In this document: in pieces, positions 21,180 to 36,331 of the stretch
Layout: each line of letters begins with the position of its first letter
Numbering within the stretch: the stretch's first letter is position 1
NCBI GenBank assembly: GCA_937946835.1
Contig: CALFAV010000020.1
Coordinates: forward strand, 907 to 64,906
Length of the DNA: 64,000 bases
DNA from: an uncultured Verrucomicrobiae bacterium
GTDB lineage: Bacteria; Verrucomicrobiota; Verrucomicrobiia; Limisphaerales; J093
Reading direction: 5' to 3'
Made by a program: the position numbers and the translations under genes
The notes under the pieces: generated by a model
The model's database searches: none
Seen by the model: the letters and a program-made list of their open reading frames with translations, nothing else
What the model was told of the DNA's origin: nothing

Positions 21180-21572
21180 ATGGCAGACATCGCAGCGTTG
21201 GTGGATCAGTTGAGCAAGCTCACGGTCTTGGAGACCGCCGAGCTGGTGAAGAAGCTGGAGGAAACCTGGGGCGTTACCGCCGCCGCGCCCGTGGCGGTAG
21301 CGGCGGTCGGCGCCCCTGCGACCGGAGCCCAGGCGGCGCCGGCCGAAGAAGCCAAGACCACTTTTGATGTCATCTTGGCGTCCGCCCCGGCCGACAAGAA
21401 AATCGCGGTCATCAAAGCCGTTCGGGAAATCAAGGCCGGACTGGGCTTGGCCGAGGCCAAGAAATTGGTGGAAGAAGCGCCCAAGCCGGTGCTCGAGGGC
21501 GCCAGCAAGCAAGACGCTGAAGCGGCCAAGAAGAAACTGGAAGACGCCGGCGCCAAGGTGGAAATTAAATGA
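21180..21572 (+). CDS. rplL: 50S ribosomal protein L7/L12
   Basis: [32 protein letters not shown]. Confidence 0.98.
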   Translation: MADIAALVDQLSKLTVLETAELVKKLEETWGVTAAAPVAVAAVGAPATGAQAAPAEEAKTTFDVILASAPADKKIAVIKAVREIKAGLGLAEAKKLVEEAPKPVLEGASKQDAEAAKKKLEDAGAKVEIK

Positions 21573-21586
21573 CGTCGTTGTTGGGG

Positions 21587-21615
21587 CGGGGAACGGCCCA
21601 ACCGGCCGTTCCCCG
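21587..21615 (+). other. 12-bp hairpin between rplL and rpoB (attenuator or processing site; no U tract)
   Basis: CGGGGAACGGCC-CAACC-GGCCGTTCCCCG. Confidence 0.5.
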
Positions 21616-21770
21616 TGCTCAACCCCGTGGTTGATTCCGACCCATCAAGACATCCTCGCGGCCAACTCGATTTGGTTTTCCGCCGGAGCCGACTGTGGTG
21701 TTCACAGCCGGAAAGGAGGATTCTTGTCCGGACCGCAGCGGACCGTCCGTGAACCTGCGGTAAGTTGAAC

Positions 21771-25691
<3,921 letters not shown>

Positions 25692-25727
25692 TTCTGCCGC
25701 ACCCGCAGCTTCCGCCCACGCACAGGT

Positions 25728-28700
25728 ATGAACACCAAAGAGACAACCCGCGAATTGCTCGGTCTCGACAAGGTGAACCAGGTGGAGTACGTGGCGATCA
25801 GCATCGCCTCGCCCGAAACCATCCGCTCCTGGTCCAAAGGGGAGGTCAAGAACCCCGAAACCATCAACTACCGCACCTTCAAACCGGAGAAGGGCGGGCT
25901 GTTCTGCGAACGCATCTTCGGCCCGGTCAAGGACTGGGAGTGCTCCTGCGGCAAGTACAAGCGCATCAAACACCGCGGCGTGGTCTGCGACCGCTGCGGG
26001 GTGGAGGTGACCCTGTCCCGGGTCCGGCGCGAGCGCATGGGGCACATTGACCTGGCCGTGCCGGTCTCGCACATCTGGTTCTTCAAGTGCATGCCCTCGC
26101 GCATCGGCCTGATGCTCGACATGACGGCCCGGGCGCTGGAACGGGTCATTTACTACGAGGATTACATGGTCGTGGACCCGGGCAACACGCCGCTGCAAAA
26201 GCACCAGTTGCTCAGCGAAAACGAGTATCGGGAGGCCCGGGAGACCTACGGCCCCGACGCTTTCGTCGCCAAGATGGGCGCCGAGGCGGTGCGGGACGCG
26301 CTCGCCCAGATTGACCTGCAGCAAAGCATCACCGAATTGCAGCAGGCCATGAGCGAGACCAAGAGCAAGCAAATCCGCAAGAAACTGGCCAAACGGATCA
26401 AGCTTTTCCAGGGCTTCCTCCATTCCAAGACCCGTCCGGAGTGGATGATCCTGACCGTCCTGCCGGTCATTCCGCCGGACCTGCGCCCCTTGGTGCCCCT
26501 GGAAGGGGGGCGGTTTGCCACTTCCGATCTCAACGACCTGTACCGCCGCGTCATCAACCGGAACAACCGGTTGAAAAATCTGCTCCAGCTCAAGACGCCC
26601 GAGGTCATCATCCGCAATGAAAAGCGCATGCTCCAGGAAGCGGTGGATGCGCTGTTCGACAACGGCCGCCACGGCCGGCCGGTGACCGGCGCGGGCAACC
26701 GCGCGCTCAAGTCCCTCTCCGACATGCTCAAGGGCAAGTCCGGGCGCTTCCGCCAGAATCTGCTCGGCAAGCGGGTGGACTACTCCGGCCGCTCGGTCAT
26801 CGTCATTGGTCCCGAGTTGAAGGTCCACCAGTGCGGTCTGCCCAAGAAGATGGCCCTGGTGCTCTTCGAGCCCTTCATCATTCGCCGCCTCAAGGAAAAG
26901 GGCCTTGTCCACACGGTGCGCTCGGCCAAGAAACTCATCGAGCGCCAGACCACCGAGGTCTGGGATGTGCTGGAGGAGGTGACCAAGGGGCATCCGGTGC
27001 TCCTGAACCGGGCGCCCACCCTGCACCGGCTTTCCGTCCAAGCCTTCGAGCCGGTGCTCATCGAGGGCGAGGCCATTCGCATTCACCCGCTCGTCTGCAC
27101 CGCTTACAACGCGGACTTCGACGGTGATCAGATGGCGGTCCATGTGCCGCTCTCGGTCGAGGCCCAGCTCGAGGCCCGCTTGCTGATGATGGCGCCCCTG
27201 AACCTCTTCAGCCCATCTTCGGGCCGCCCCATCATGACACCCACCCAGGACATCACCCTCGGGTGTTATTACCTGACCGCCGAGCCGCGCAAACCCCGCA
27301 AGGAGGGCGAGCGGTTGCGGCTGTTTGGCAGCAAGGACGAAGTGCTCTTTGCCCACGCCGAGGGTGAACTCAAAACCCACGACCGCCTCCTGCTGGCCAA
27401 TCCGGACCGGGGCCGGAAAACGATTTTCGGCGATCCCGACAAGGCCGTCATCGAAACCACTGTGGGCCGGGTCATCTTCAGTGAAATCTGGCCGCCGGAA
27501 CTGGGCTTTTTCAACAAGGTGGCCGGCAAGCCGCAGCTTGGGGACATCATCTGGAGCTGCTACAAGCACTGCGGCCACGAAAAGACCATCCAGAGCCTCG
27601 ACCGCCTCAAGGAGGTGGGGTTCCGCGAGGCCACCCGGGCGGGCGTGTCCATCGGCATCGAGGACATGATCATCCCGAAGGAGAAGGACCAGGAAATCAA
27701 CCGGGCCTTCAAGGAAATCGCCGAGGTCGAAAAACAATACCGGCGCGGCATCATCACCCCCGGCGAGCGGTACAACAAGATCGTGGACATCTGGACCCAC
27801 TGCACGGACCAGATTGCCAACGTGATGATCCGCACCCTCGAGGCCAATCAGGGCAAGCGCGAGTACAACCCGCTTTATCTGATGGTGGACTCCGGGGCCC
27901 GCGGCAACAAGGCCCAGGTGCGCCAGCTGGCCGGTCTGCGCGGCCTCATGGCCAAACCCGACGGCTCGATCATCGAAAAACCCATTCTCGCCAACTTCCG
28001 CGAGGGGCTCTCGGTGCTCGAGTACTTCATCTCCACTCACGGCGCCCGCAAGGGCCTGGCCGACACCGCCCTCAAGACCGCCGACTCCGGCTACATGACC
28101 CGCAAGCTCGTGGACGTGGCCCAGGATGTCATCATCCGCGAGGAGGACTGCGGCACCACCAACGGCATCTGGGTCAAGGCCATCGAGCAGGGCGAGGATG
28201 AAGTGGTCCGGCTGAGCGAGCGGATCATGGGCCGCTTTGCCTGCGATGACATCGTGGACCCGCACGACGCCACGCGGTTGCTGGTGCGCGCCAACGAGTA
28301 CATTGACGAGGCGAAGGCGCGCGAGATCGAAAACTCCGGCGTGGACCGCATCAAAATCCGTTCCGTCCTCACCTGCGAATCCAAACATGGGGTGTGCATC
28401 TACTGCTACGGCCTGAACCTGGCCACCGGTGCGCTCGCCAAGCTGGGCGAGGCGGTGGGCATCATCGCCGCCCAATCCATCGGCGAGCCGGGCACCCAGT
28501 TGACGATGCGCACCTTTCACATCGGGGGCACCGCCTCGCAGGTCTTCAAGCTGCCGCAGATCAAGGCCAAGTTCGACGGCACGGTGCGTTACAACGACAT
28601 CCGCTACGTCCCCCTCCAGGACGGCAGCAACATCGTCCTGAACAAAAATGGCTCCGTGGCCATCGTGGATGGCCAGGGTCGGGAACTGGAAACCCACAAC

Positions 28701-29879
28701 GTGGTCATCGGGGCCGTCATCTCCAAGCCCGACGGTGGCCGGGTCGCCAAGGGCGAGACCTTCGTGCAATGGGACCCGTACAATGTGCCGATCATTTCGG
28801 AAAAAGCCGGGCGCATCCGGTTCCACGACATCATTGAAAACGTGACGATGAAATACGTGACCGATGAAACCACCGGCCAGGAGTCCATGGTGGTCATCGA
28901 GCACAAGGAGGACCTGCATCCGCAAATCCTGGTCGAAGACGAAAAGACCGGGACCCTCGCCAGTTATCCCATCCCTTCCGGGGCCCACATCACGGTCATC
29001 GAAGATGACCGGATTTTGCCCGGGGCGCTGCTGGCCAAGACCCCGCGGCGCACCGTCAAGACCAAGGACATCACCGGCGGTCTGCCGCGCGTGGCCGAAT
29101 TGTTCGAGGCGCGCCGTCCAAAGGATGCCGCCGAGATCGCGCGGATCGCCGGCATTGTGGACTTCGGTCCCACCGTGCGGGGCAAGCGCTGCATCATCAT
29201 CCGCGATCCCCAGACCGGGCAGGAGGAGGAGCACCTCATCCCCATCGGCAAGCACGTCATCGTCTTCAAGGGCGACCGGGTGGACAAGGGCCAGCAGCTC
29301 ACCGAGGGCTCGGTGGTCCCGCACGAGATTCTGGAGGTGAGCGGGGCGCAGGAATTGCAGGCCCGCCTGGTGAGCGAAATTCAGGAGGTGTACCGCCTGC
29401 AGGGGGTCACCATCAACGACAAGCACATCGAGATCATCATCCGCCAGATGCTGCGCAAGGTGCGCATCACCGATCCCGGCGACACCACCTTCCTCTGGGG
29501 CGAGCAGGTGGACAAGCTCGCGTTCGAGGAGGAGAACAAACGCGTCGAGGATAAAGGCGGCAAGGCGGCCGAGGCCCAGCCCGTGTTGTTGGGTATCACC
29601 AAGGCCTCGCTGGAGACCGAAAGCTTCCTCAGCGCCGCCTCCTTCCAGGACACCACCCGCGTGCTCACCGAGGCGGCCACAATGGGCAAGGTGGACTACC
29701 TGCGCGGCTTCAAGGAAAACGTCATCATGGGCCACATCATCCCGGCGGGCACCGGTTACGTGGCGCACCGCAACATCCGGGTCAAGCCCCTGGTGGAATT
29801 GCCCGTCGAGGAGGAGCCCGCGGCGGCTGAACCGGCAGAGCCCACCGATCTGCTGGCTGGCGAGGTCGCGCCAAGCTGA
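25728..29879 (+). CDS. rpoC: RNA polymerase beta' subunit
   Basis: NADFDGD, zinc-finger Cys residues, [16 protein letters not shown]. Confidence 0.99.
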   Translation: MNTKETTRELLGLDKVNQVEYVAISIASPETIRSWSKGEVKNPETINYRTFKPEKGGLFCERIFGPVKDWECSCGKYKRIKHRGVVCDRCGVEVTLSRVRRERMGHIDLAVPVSHIWFFKCMPSRIGLMLDMTARALERVIYYEDYMVVDPGNTPLQKHQLLSENEYREARETYGPDAFVAKMGAEAVRDALAQIDLQQSITELQQAMSETKSKQIRKKLAKRIKLFQGFLHSKTRPEWMILTVLPVIPPDLRPLVPLEGGRFATSDLNDLYRRVINRNNRLKNLLQLKTPEVIIRNEKRMLQEAVDALFDNGRHGRPVTGAGNRALKSLSDMLKGKSGRFRQNLLGKRVDYSGRSVIVIGPELKVHQCGLPKKMALVLFEPFIIRRLKEKGLVHTVRSAKKLIERQTTEVWDVLEEVTKGHPVLLNRAPTLHRLSVQAFEPVLIEGEAIRIHPLVCTAYNADFDGDQMAVHVPLSVEAQLEARLLMMAPLNLFSPSSGRPIMTPTQDITLGCYYLTAEPRKPRKEGERLRLFGSKDEVLFAHAEGELKTHDRLLLANPDRGRKTIFGDPDKAVIETTVGRVIFSEIWPPELGFFNKVAGKPQLGDIIWSCYKHCGHEKTIQSLDRLKEVGFREATRAGVSIGIEDMIIPKEKDQEINRAFKEIAEVEKQYRRGIITPGERYNKIVDIWTHCTDQIANVMIRTLEANQGKREYNPLYLMVDSGARGNKAQVRQLAGLRGLMAKPDGSIIEKPILANFREGLSVLEYFISTHGARKGLADTALKTADSGYMTRKLVDVAQDVIIREEDCGTTNGIWVKAIEQGEDEVVRLSERIMGRFACDDIVDPHDATRLLVRANEYIDEAKAREIENSGVDRIKIRSVLTCESKHGVCIYCYGLNLATGALAKLGEAVGIIAAQSIGEPGTQLTMRTFHIGGTASQVFKLPQIKAKFDGTVRYNDIRYVPLQDGSNIVLNKNGSVAIVDGQGRELETHNVVIGAVISKPDGGRVAKGETFVQWDPYNVPIISEKAGRIRFHDIIENVTMKYVTDETTGQESMVVIEHKEDLHPQILVEDEKTGTLASYPIPSGAHITVIEDDRILPGALLAKTPRRTVKTKDITGGLPRVAELFEARRPKDAAEIARIAGIVDFGPTVRGKRCIIIRDPQTGQEEEHLIPIGKHVIVFKGDRVDKGQQLTEGSVVPHEILEVSGAQELQARLVSEIQEVYRLQGVTINDKHIEIIIRQMLRKVRITDPGDTTFLWGEQVDKLAFEEENKRVEDKGGKAAEAQPVLLGITKASLETESFLSAASFQDTTRVLTEAATMGKVDYLRGFKENVIMGHIIPAGTGYVAHRNIRVKPLVELPVEEEPAAAEPAEPTDLLAGEVAPS

Positions 29880-29902
29880 TCGCGACGGTCGAAACTCTTC
29901 CC

Positions 29903-29928
29903 AAGCCGGCCTCTTGGCCGGCTTTTTT
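29903..29928 (+). terminator. intrinsic terminator of rpoBC
   Basis: AAGCCGGCC-TCTT-GGCCGGCTT followed by a T run. Confidence 0.85.
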
Positions 29929-30017
29929 ATTTTCGGCCTAGCCGACACCGAAAGCCAGGGTTCGTGGGCAGGGAAGCTCGCCGCACGAAATGCTTCTGTG
30001 CCGACAGCGGAGGGGAA

Positions 30018-30369
30018 TGGTGGAGGCGAGGGGAGTCGAACCCCTGTCCCTGAAACGCGCCCCAGTCGCGACTACATGCTTAGCCGGAGGTTCGTCTCGG
30101 CTGCGGGAACGCCCCCCGGCGTGCTTCCCCGCAACCCAGTCGGCATGAAATTTGTCGGGCGGTCCCGCGCCGACCCCGGCACCGCCTCTGCCTGCTGTGG
30201 CGTTCAGCCGGCGTAGCAGGCGTCCACCGGTGAACGTCGCGGCAGTTTAGGCCGCGAGAGCCAACTCTTCGTTAGCAGTTTTGGTTGATGCGATGTTTTA
30301 CGAGGCCCACGCATCGTCCTCGGCATGCCGCTTCTGGCACACATCCCAGGTCGAAACCGGTGCGCCCCC
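30018..30369 (-). ncRNA. ssrA: tmRNA; tag peptide (A)ANEELALAA
   Basis: 5' GGGGGCG...TTTCGAC, 3' GGGGTTCGACTCCCCTCGCCTCCACCA, tag ORF 30276-30247 GCT AAC GAA GAG TTG GCT CTC GCG GCC TAA. Confidence 0.96.
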
Positions 30370-30381
30370 GAAGCTGATTTA

Positions 30382-30410
30382 ACAATGGACACGGGCAATC
30401 TCGCCGTCAA
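30382..30410 (-). promoter_or_regulatory. sigma70 promoter of ssrA
   Basis: TTGACG-17 nt-CATTGT, 12 nt upstream of the mature 5' end. Confidence 0.55.
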
Positions 30411-30441
30411 GTCCCCAGATTGGCCGGGTGGGCCGACCAAC

Positions 30442-30470
30442 AAAAAAACCGGCCGCTCGTGGCGGCCGGT
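30442..30470 (-). terminator. intrinsic terminator of the PEP-CTERM gene
   Basis: On the minus strand ACCGGCCGC-CACGA-GCGGCCGGT followed by a T run. Confidence 0.8.
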
Positions 30471-30496
30471 CGGAAGGAAGGCCATTCACCCCGGAT

Positions 30497-31585
30497 TCAA
30501 CGGCGTCGCCCCAACCACAAGGCCAAGCCGCCCAATCCGAGCAGGGCCAGCGGGGCCGGCTCCGGGATGACCTGAAACGCCATGATGCCGTTGTTCGGGC
30601 TGACGACGAACAACAGCGAACCGTCCGGCGAAAAGTCCAGATTGCCCACGCCGTTGCCGTTGGCGTTTTGCGTGGGCAGCGGCTCGGAGTCAATCGGGTC
30701 AAACGTGCCGCCATCCACAAACTGGGAAGCGTCGTAGAGGTTCACCCGCTGTTCCCCGACGGTGGAGCGGAAGGTCAGGGTGGCCAGGAGATTGTTGGCG
30801 GGGCTAAAGGCGTTCGGCCCCGTGGTGCCTGCGATGGGATTCAAGGTGTAGGTTTCCACCTGAGCCCCGGTGCCGGCAAACGGGTCGTAGTTGATGCGGC
30901 GCAGCGTGTTGTTCTGGTCGGCGTAAATCCAGAAGCCGGAGCCGAAGGACAGGCCCAGCCGCATGTCGCCGTCACCAACCCCGCTGACGACGATTCCCTG
31001 GGCGTCGAAGGTGTCTCCATCATCAAACGAAGCCAGGTGGGCCAGGATGTTGTCGAAATTGCCCGAGGTTCCTCCCGCGGTAGCGATTACTTCAATCATA
31101 GCGCTGGAGGTGCGGACGCGGAGGGTGTCTCCGAAGCGATACGTACCGCCGGCGGGGTCCCCGTTGTAAACCAGCCGGGGAGCCGAAGCCTCCGAGGCCC
31201 ACTGGTACACCTTGAACGGGTTGGTGCTGGAACTGACGGTCAGGTTGGCAGCGTAGATCTGCCCGTTGTCTCCCACGTCAATCATGTTGATGGGGAAAGT
31301 GCCGCCAGACACCCCGGTCAGGTCCATCGTGCCCACATAGCCGCCGGTGGCGGCATCCAGCACAATAATTTTGGGACTTTCGTTCCGGCTCACCACCAGC
31401 ACGTGCCCGGTGAAGGGGTTGTAGGCCAGCCCGCGCTCGGTGTGGGAGCCGGCGCCGCCCAAGGTCACCCCGGGAGCCAGCGTGGTGCCCGGGGCAATGT
31501 TCCACAGGGGCTCCAGCGCGGGCTGCCCCAGCGCGATGCCACCGGCGCTCAAGACCAACAAGGGAAGGACTTGCTTGGGATTCAT
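30497..31585 (-). CDS. PEP-CTERM surface protein (beta-propeller-like)
   Basis: Signal peptide MNPKQVLPLLVLSAGGIALG, C-terminus VIPEPAPLALLGLGGLALWLGRRR. Confidence 0.9.
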   Translation of the reverse strand: MNPKQVLPLLVLSAGGIALGQPALEPLWNIAPGTTLAPGVTLGGAGSHTERGLAYNPFTGHVLVVSRNESPKIIVLDAATGGYVGTMDLTGVSGGTFPINMIDVGDNGQIYAANLTVSSSTNPFKVYQWASEASAPRLVYNGDPAGGTYRFGDTLRVRTSSAMIEVIATAGGTSGNFDNILAHLASFDDGDTFDAQGIVVSGVGDGDMRLGLSFGSGFWIYADQNNTLRRINYDPFAGTGAQVETYTLNPIAGTTGPNAFSPANNLLATLTFRSTVGEQRVNLYDASQFVDGGTFDPIDSEPLPTQNANGNGVGNLDFSPDGSLLFVVSPNNGIMAFQVIPEPAPLALLGLGGLALWLGRRR

Positions 31586-31813
31586 AAAACCGCGGCTAGG
31601 AAATTCGCAGTTGGTTCGGGCGTCAACCCTTTTTTTGCTGTGGAGCCTGATTTTTACACTCGCCGCAGGGCAGGACAACCAACGGGGACTGATGGCCCGG
31701 CGCAAAGCTGTGGGAGGTGCAGGAAGCCCGGACGCCGGCCGTCGTTACCGCCCGGTGTACCCCGGTCTGGTCGTGAACCCACCGCCACCGGCACGACCAG
31801 GTCCGGCCGGGTC

Positions 31814-32713
31814 TCAGCATCCGAACACTTGGCGTACGAATTCCCGGCTGCGGCGGTGGTTTTCTTCCACGCTGCGGGTGACGCGCGTGCCTTCTTCCAG
31901 GGCCAGCTCAACGGCGTACACCGGCGCCAGTTGCCGCTCGCGGGCGAACCGGGCGATTTCCACGTAGTCAATGTCGCCGGTGTCGAGGTCTTCCCACCAG
32001 ACCCCGTTGCGGCTTTGGCGCAGGTGCCAGGAAACCACGCGCTCCCCGTAGGCGCGCAGGGCCTCGAGGGGCGGCAGACCGCCGCGGTACATCCAGTGGA
32101 CGTCAATGTTGAAGCCCACCACCTCGGCCGGGGTGTGGCGGAAGTTGAAGTGAAATTCCCGGGCCTGCTCGGCCAGTTCCGGGGTGTGGTGGTGGATGCC
32201 CAGCTTCAGCCCCAGGGCGTTCAAGCCCTGCCCCAGCTCGGTCAGCGCCGCCGCCTGGCGCTCAAGCTCGGCCTCGGTCTTGGCGCGGCCGATCGGGTCC
32301 GGATTGCAGTTGAGGATGCGGAAGCCCGCCTCGCGCGCCGCTTGCGCGGCCCGGAGCAGGCGCTGAACGACCTCTCCGGCCTTTTCGTCGTGGAGCCGCC
32401 CGCCCGTGTAAAGGGTCACGGGCTGAAGGCCGTTGGCGCGGAGGCGCTCGGCGAAGCGCCCGTTGGCTTCCGGCCGGTCCACGTCCAGAAACCCTTCGGC
32501 GAAGTCATAGCCCGCCTCCCGCAACGCGGAGAGCACCTCGTCCAGATGCTCGTTGAGATTTTTGCCCGCGCGCTGGTAGTACTGGCCCCAGCCGTAGAGC
32601 TGCGAGCCCACCAGCGGCCGGGGGGCAGGCGCCCCGGCCCGGGCGGCCGCGGCCAGGGCCGTGGACACGCCGGTGGTGAGACGGCGCAGGAAGTCCCGTC
32701 GGGAGGTTGCCAT
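31814..32713 (-). CDS. Tat-exported sugar-phosphate isomerase/epimerase (IolE-like TIM barrel)
   Basis: SRRDFL Tat motif, IHHHTPE, DVHW, WHLR, GDIDY, VE. Confidence 0.8.
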   Translation of the reverse strand: MATSRRDFLRRLTTGVSTALAAAARAGAPAPRPLVGSQLYGWGQYYQRAGKNLNEHLDEVLSALREAGYDFAEGFLDVDRPEANGRFAERLRANGLQPVTLYTGGRLHDEKAGEVVQRLLRAAQAAREAGFRILNCNPDPIGRAKTEAELERQAAALTELGQGLNALGLKLGIHHHTPELAEQAREFHFNFRHTPAEVVGFNIDVHWMYRGGLPPLEALRAYGERVVSWHLRQSRNGVWWEDLDTGDIDYVEIARFARERQLAPVYAVELALEEGTRVTRSVEENHRRSREFVRQVFGC

Positions 32714-32836
32714 GCGCTCGGCCTACCACGAAGCCGCCGCGCCGGCAACCCGCAACCCCCCGCCGGCCCGCGCGGCGCCCGGCCCCGGGAAAACAGTTGT
32801 CAGCGGCCGGCCGCTTCGTAGCCTGCACGGCAGCGG

Positions 32837-33523
32837 ATGAAGACCTTTGCCGAACTGGGTTTTCCCGGGCGCCTGATCGCCGTCGAGGGGATTGACGGCT
32901 CGGGCAAGAGCACCCAGGTGCACTTGTTGCAGTGCTGGCTGGAACAACTGCAGTTAAAGGTCTTCCTGAGCGAGTGGAACTCCTCCGAGCTGGTCAAAAG
33001 CGCCACCTCCCGCGGCAAGAAGACCCATCTGTTGACCCCCACCACCTTCAGCCTGATCCACGCCACGGACTTTGCCGACCGCTACGAGCGCCAGCTCCTG
33101 CCCTTGCTGCGCGCCGGGTACCTGGTGCTGTGCGATCGGTACATCTTCACCGCCTTTGCCCGGGACGTGGTCCGCGGCTGCCCGCCGGACTGGGTGCGCG
33201 GGCTGTACGGCTTCGCCGCGCTGCCGGACCTGGTGTTTTTCTTCAAGGCCCACCTCGAGGTGTCCCTGCAGCGCATCCTCCAGGGGCGGGAAGAGCTGAA
33301 GTATTTCGAGGCGGGCATGGACCTGCGCCTGTCGTCCGACCCGGTGGAAAGCTACCGCATTTTCCAGGGCCGCCTGCTGGAGCAATACCTGGCCATGTCG
33401 GCCGAGTTCAAATTTTACGAGGTGGACGCCAACCAACCGGTCGAAGCCAGCCAGCGCGTGGTGCGCCAGATCGTGGCCGACCGGATCCCCTTCAAACAAT
33501 TCGCCGCCACCGCGCGTCCCTGA
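32837..33523 (+). CDS. thymidylate kinase-like protein A
   Basis: EGIDGSGKSTQ P-loop, CDRYIFT. Confidence 0.85.
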   Translation: MKTFAELGFPGRLIAVEGIDGSGKSTQVHLLQCWLEQLQLKVFLSEWNSSELVKSATSRGKKTHLLTPTTFSLIHATDFADRYERQLLPLLRAGYLVLCDRYIFTAFARDVVRGCPPDWVRGLYGFAALPDLVFFFKAHLEVSLQRILQGREELKYFEAGMDLRLSSDPVESYRIFQGRLLEQYLAMSAEFKFYEVDANQPVEASQRVVRQIVADRIPFKQFAATARP

Positions 33524-33528
33524 CGGCC

Positions 33529-34302
33529 ATGCCGCGCACCGCCACCCATTCCCCGCGTTGTGCCGCGCCCGCCCCGGCCGGGCTGCCCGGGTTGAATGTG
33601 CGGGTGCCCCGGCCGCATCCCAAGCGCTTTTACGGCCACGGCATTCCCGGCGTGGACCCGGCCACATTGACCGGCCGGCTCATTGTGGTGGAGGGAGCGG
33701 ACGGCTCGGGGCGTTCCACCCAGATCGCCCGCCTGGTGCAATGGCTCGAAAGCCAGGGCCATCCCACCGTGCAGGTGGGGTTGAAGCGTTCCACGCTCGT
33801 GGCCGAGGAGCTGGAGCGTGCCCAGCAGGGCAACATCCTCAGTCACACCACCCTGAGCCTGTTTTACGCCACCGACTTCGCCGACCAGCTCGAAAACGTC
33901 ATGCTGCCCGCCCTGCGGGCCGGGTTCATGGTCCTGGCCGACCGGTACATTTACACCCTCATGGCCCGGGACCTGGTCCGCGGTTCGGACGAGGCGTGGT
34001 TGCGCAACCTGTACGGCATCGCGCTGGTGCCCGACGCGGTCTTTTACCTGGAGGTGCCGCCGGAGGAACTGGTCCAGCGCACCTTCGCCAAGAGCCACGC
34101 CCTCGATTACTGGGAAAGCGGCATGGACCTGGGCCTGGCCCGGGACATGTTCGACAGCTTCATCCGGTACCAGCAACTGATGGCCCAGACCTTTCGGCGC
34201 CTGCAAAAAATCTACAACTTCACCATCGTGGACGGCACCCGGTCCATCGAGGCCATCAACGCCGAACTGCGGCAGAAGATTGAAAAACTCCTGGCAGAGT
34301 GA
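33529..34302 (+). CDS. thymidylate kinase-like protein B
   Basis: EGADGSGRSTQ P-loop (Lys replaced by Arg), ADRYIYT, paralog of the preceding gene. Confidence 0.85.
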   Translation: MPRTATHSPRCAAPAPAGLPGLNVRVPRPHPKRFYGHGIPGVDPATLTGRLIVVEGADGSGRSTQIARLVQWLESQGHPTVQVGLKRSTLVAEELERAQQGNILSHTTLSLFYATDFADQLENVMLPALRAGFMVLADRYIYTLMARDLVRGSDEAWLRNLYGIALVPDAVFYLEVPPEELVQRTFAKSHALDYWESGMDLGLARDMFDSFIRYQQLMAQTFRRLQKIYNFTIVDGTRSIEAINAELRQKIEKLLAE

Positions 34303-34333
34303 CCGACCCGTCCGGGGACCCCCTCGCAAGCAC

Positions 34334-35320
34334 ATGGCCGACACCACCAAAGACCGGGAATACCTCATGGGCGTGGACCTCGGCGGGACCAAAATCCTCG
34401 CCGGGGTGTTTGACGACAAACTCGAGTGCCTGGGCCGGGCCAAGAAGAGCACCAAGGCGCAGCGCGGGGCCGACGTCGTGGTCGAGCGCGTGGCCGCCAC
34501 CGTGCTCGAGGCCATTGACGAGTGTGACCTCCAGCCCAAACAAATCCGCGGCCTGGGTCTGGGCGCACCCGGCGCTTGCGATCCCGAGACCGGCACCGTG
34601 ATCTTCGCCCCCAACCTGGCCTGGAAAAACTACCCCCTCAAAAAGGAGCTCGAAAAACGCCTGCCCTTTCCGGTCTTCGTCGAAAACGATTGCAACATCC
34701 AGACCCTCGGCGTGTACGAAAAGGAACTCAAGGGCAAGCCCCGCCACCTGGTCGGCATCTTCCTGGGCACGGGCATCGGCGCGGGAATCATCCTCGACGG
34801 CAAGCTCTACCGGGGCTTCAACCGCACGGCGGGCGAAATCGGGCACATGGTCCTCGAGGTGGGCGGCCCCAAATGCGGCTGTGGCAACAAGGGCTGCTTC
34901 GAGGCCCTGGCCAGCCGCACGGCCATCTTCAAGCGCCTGGAGGCCGCCCTCAGGGACGGCCACAAAACCGTCCTCACCGAAATGCTGGGCGCGAACCTCG
35001 AGGACCTCCGCAGTGGCGACCTCCGCAAGGCCATCAAGCGCGGGGACAAACTGGTCGAACGCATCGTCGAGGAGGCCGCCGAGTACACCGGCATCGCCGT
35101 GGCCAACATCATCAACCTCCTCAACCCCGAGGTCATCGTCCTCGGGGGTGGCGTCATGGATGCGCTCGAGGACGAGATGCTCGCCATCATCATCGAAACC
35201 GCCCGCGACTACGCCATGAACGGCACCGCCGAGGGCATTGAAATCCTCGCCAGCCGGCTGGGCGACGAGGCGGGCATCACCGGCGGGGCGGTCCTCGCCC
35301 GCCGCGAAACCAGAAAGTAG
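34334..35320 (+). CDS. ROK-family sugar kinase (glucokinase-like)
   Basis: GVDLGGTK, VENDCN, GTGIGAG, AGEIGH, CGCGNKGCFE. Confidence 0.9.
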   Translation: MADTTKDREYLMGVDLGGTKILAGVFDDKLECLGRAKKSTKAQRGADVVVERVAATVLEAIDECDLQPKQIRGLGLGAPGACDPETGTVIFAPNLAWKNYPLKKELEKRLPFPVFVENDCNIQTLGVYEKELKGKPRHLVGIFLGTGIGAGIILDGKLYRGFNRTAGEIGHMVLEVGGPKCGCGNKGCFEALASRTAIFKRLEAALRDGHKTVLTEMLGANLEDLRSGDLRKAIKRGDKLVERIVEEAAEYTGIAVANIINLLNPEVIVLGGGVMDALEDEMLAIIIETARDYAMNGTAEGIEILASRLGDEAGITGGAVLARRETRK

Positions 35321-35334
35321 CCCCCCGCCCCGCC

Positions 35335-36315
35335 ATGGCCGTTCCGGAGGCCGGTCCCTTCCCGGTGCGCCGCGCCGTGGTGGAGATCGGCACCAACTCG
35401 GTCAAACTCCTGGTGGGCGACGTCCGTGGCGGCGAAGTGGAGCCCGTTCTGGAACTGAGCCGCCAAACCCGCCTGGGCCGCGGCTTTTATCCCCACCGCC
35501 AACTTCAGCCCGGCCCCGTGAACGAAACGGCGGCGGCCGTCGCGGCCTTTTGCCGCCGCGCGCGCGACGCGGGGGCAACGGCGGTGCGCGCCCTGGCCAC
35601 CAGCGCGGCCCGGGAAGCCCTCAACCCGGAACGGTTGCTCGAAGCCGTGCGCGCGGCCGCGGGGCTGGAGGTGGAAATCATCACCGGCGAGCTGGAGGCA
35701 CGCTGGGGGTTTGCGGGGGTGACTTCCGATCCGCGTTGGCGAGACCATGCCCTGTTGCTGCTGGACGTGGGCGGCGGCAGCACCGAATTCACCCTGGGTC
35801 GCGGTGGGGACCTGCGTTTTCACGGGAGCCTCCCGCTGGGCGCGGTCCGGTTGCTGGAGGAACTGGCGCCGCCGGACCCGCCCGGCCCGGCGGGGCTGGC
35901 GCGCGCCCGCCGCCGCGTGGGGGAATTTCTCGAATCGCAACTGGCGGGGGAGTTGCGCCCACGGTTGGCAGCGTTTGCACCGGGGACCGTGAGCCTGACG
36001 GGCATCGGCGGTACGGCCACCGTGCTGGTCATGATGGCCCGGGGGCTGACCCGCTTTGAGCGCACCGCGGTGGACGGTTACCGGCTCCGTCGCGACGACC
36101 TCACCGGTTGGCTGGAACGGCTCTGGGCGTTGCCGCTGGCCCGGCGCCGGCAAATCCCCGGGTTGCCGCCCGAACGCGCCGACGTGATCCTCACCGGCGT
36201 GCTCATTTACGACGCCGTGATGTCCTGCTTCGGCTTTGCCGTTCTGGGCGTGAGCACCCGTGGCCTGCGCCACGCCGCCCTGGTGGAATGGCCCGGGAGC
36301 GGCCCGGTGCCGTGA
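35335..36315 (+). CDS. ppx: Ppx/GppA-family phosphatase (short form)
   Basis: EIGTNSVKL, ATSAAREA, GELEA, DVGGGSTE, RADVILTG. Confidence 0.85.
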   Translation: MAVPEAGPFPVRRAVVEIGTNSVKLLVGDVRGGEVEPVLELSRQTRLGRGFYPHRQLQPGPVNETAAAVAAFCRRARDAGATAVRALATSAAREALNPERLLEAVRAAAGLEVEIITGELEARWGFAGVTSDPRWRDHALLLLDVGGGSTEFTLGRGGDLRFHGSLPLGAVRLLEELAPPDPPGPAGLARARRRVGEFLESQLAGELRPRLAAFAPGTVSLTGIGGTATVLVMMARGLTRFERTAVDGYRLRRDDLTGWLERLWALPLARRRQIPGLPPERADVILTGVLIYDAVMSCFGFAVLGVSTRGLRHAALVEWPGSGPVP

Positions 36316-36331
36316 ACCGCCGCCCGGCGGT

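Noticed and set aside
29930-30020. Possible island integrated at the ssrA 3' end or at the tRNAs
   Set aside because: No integrase and no duplicated 3' fragment were seen. ssrA lies directly next to the rpoC terminator.
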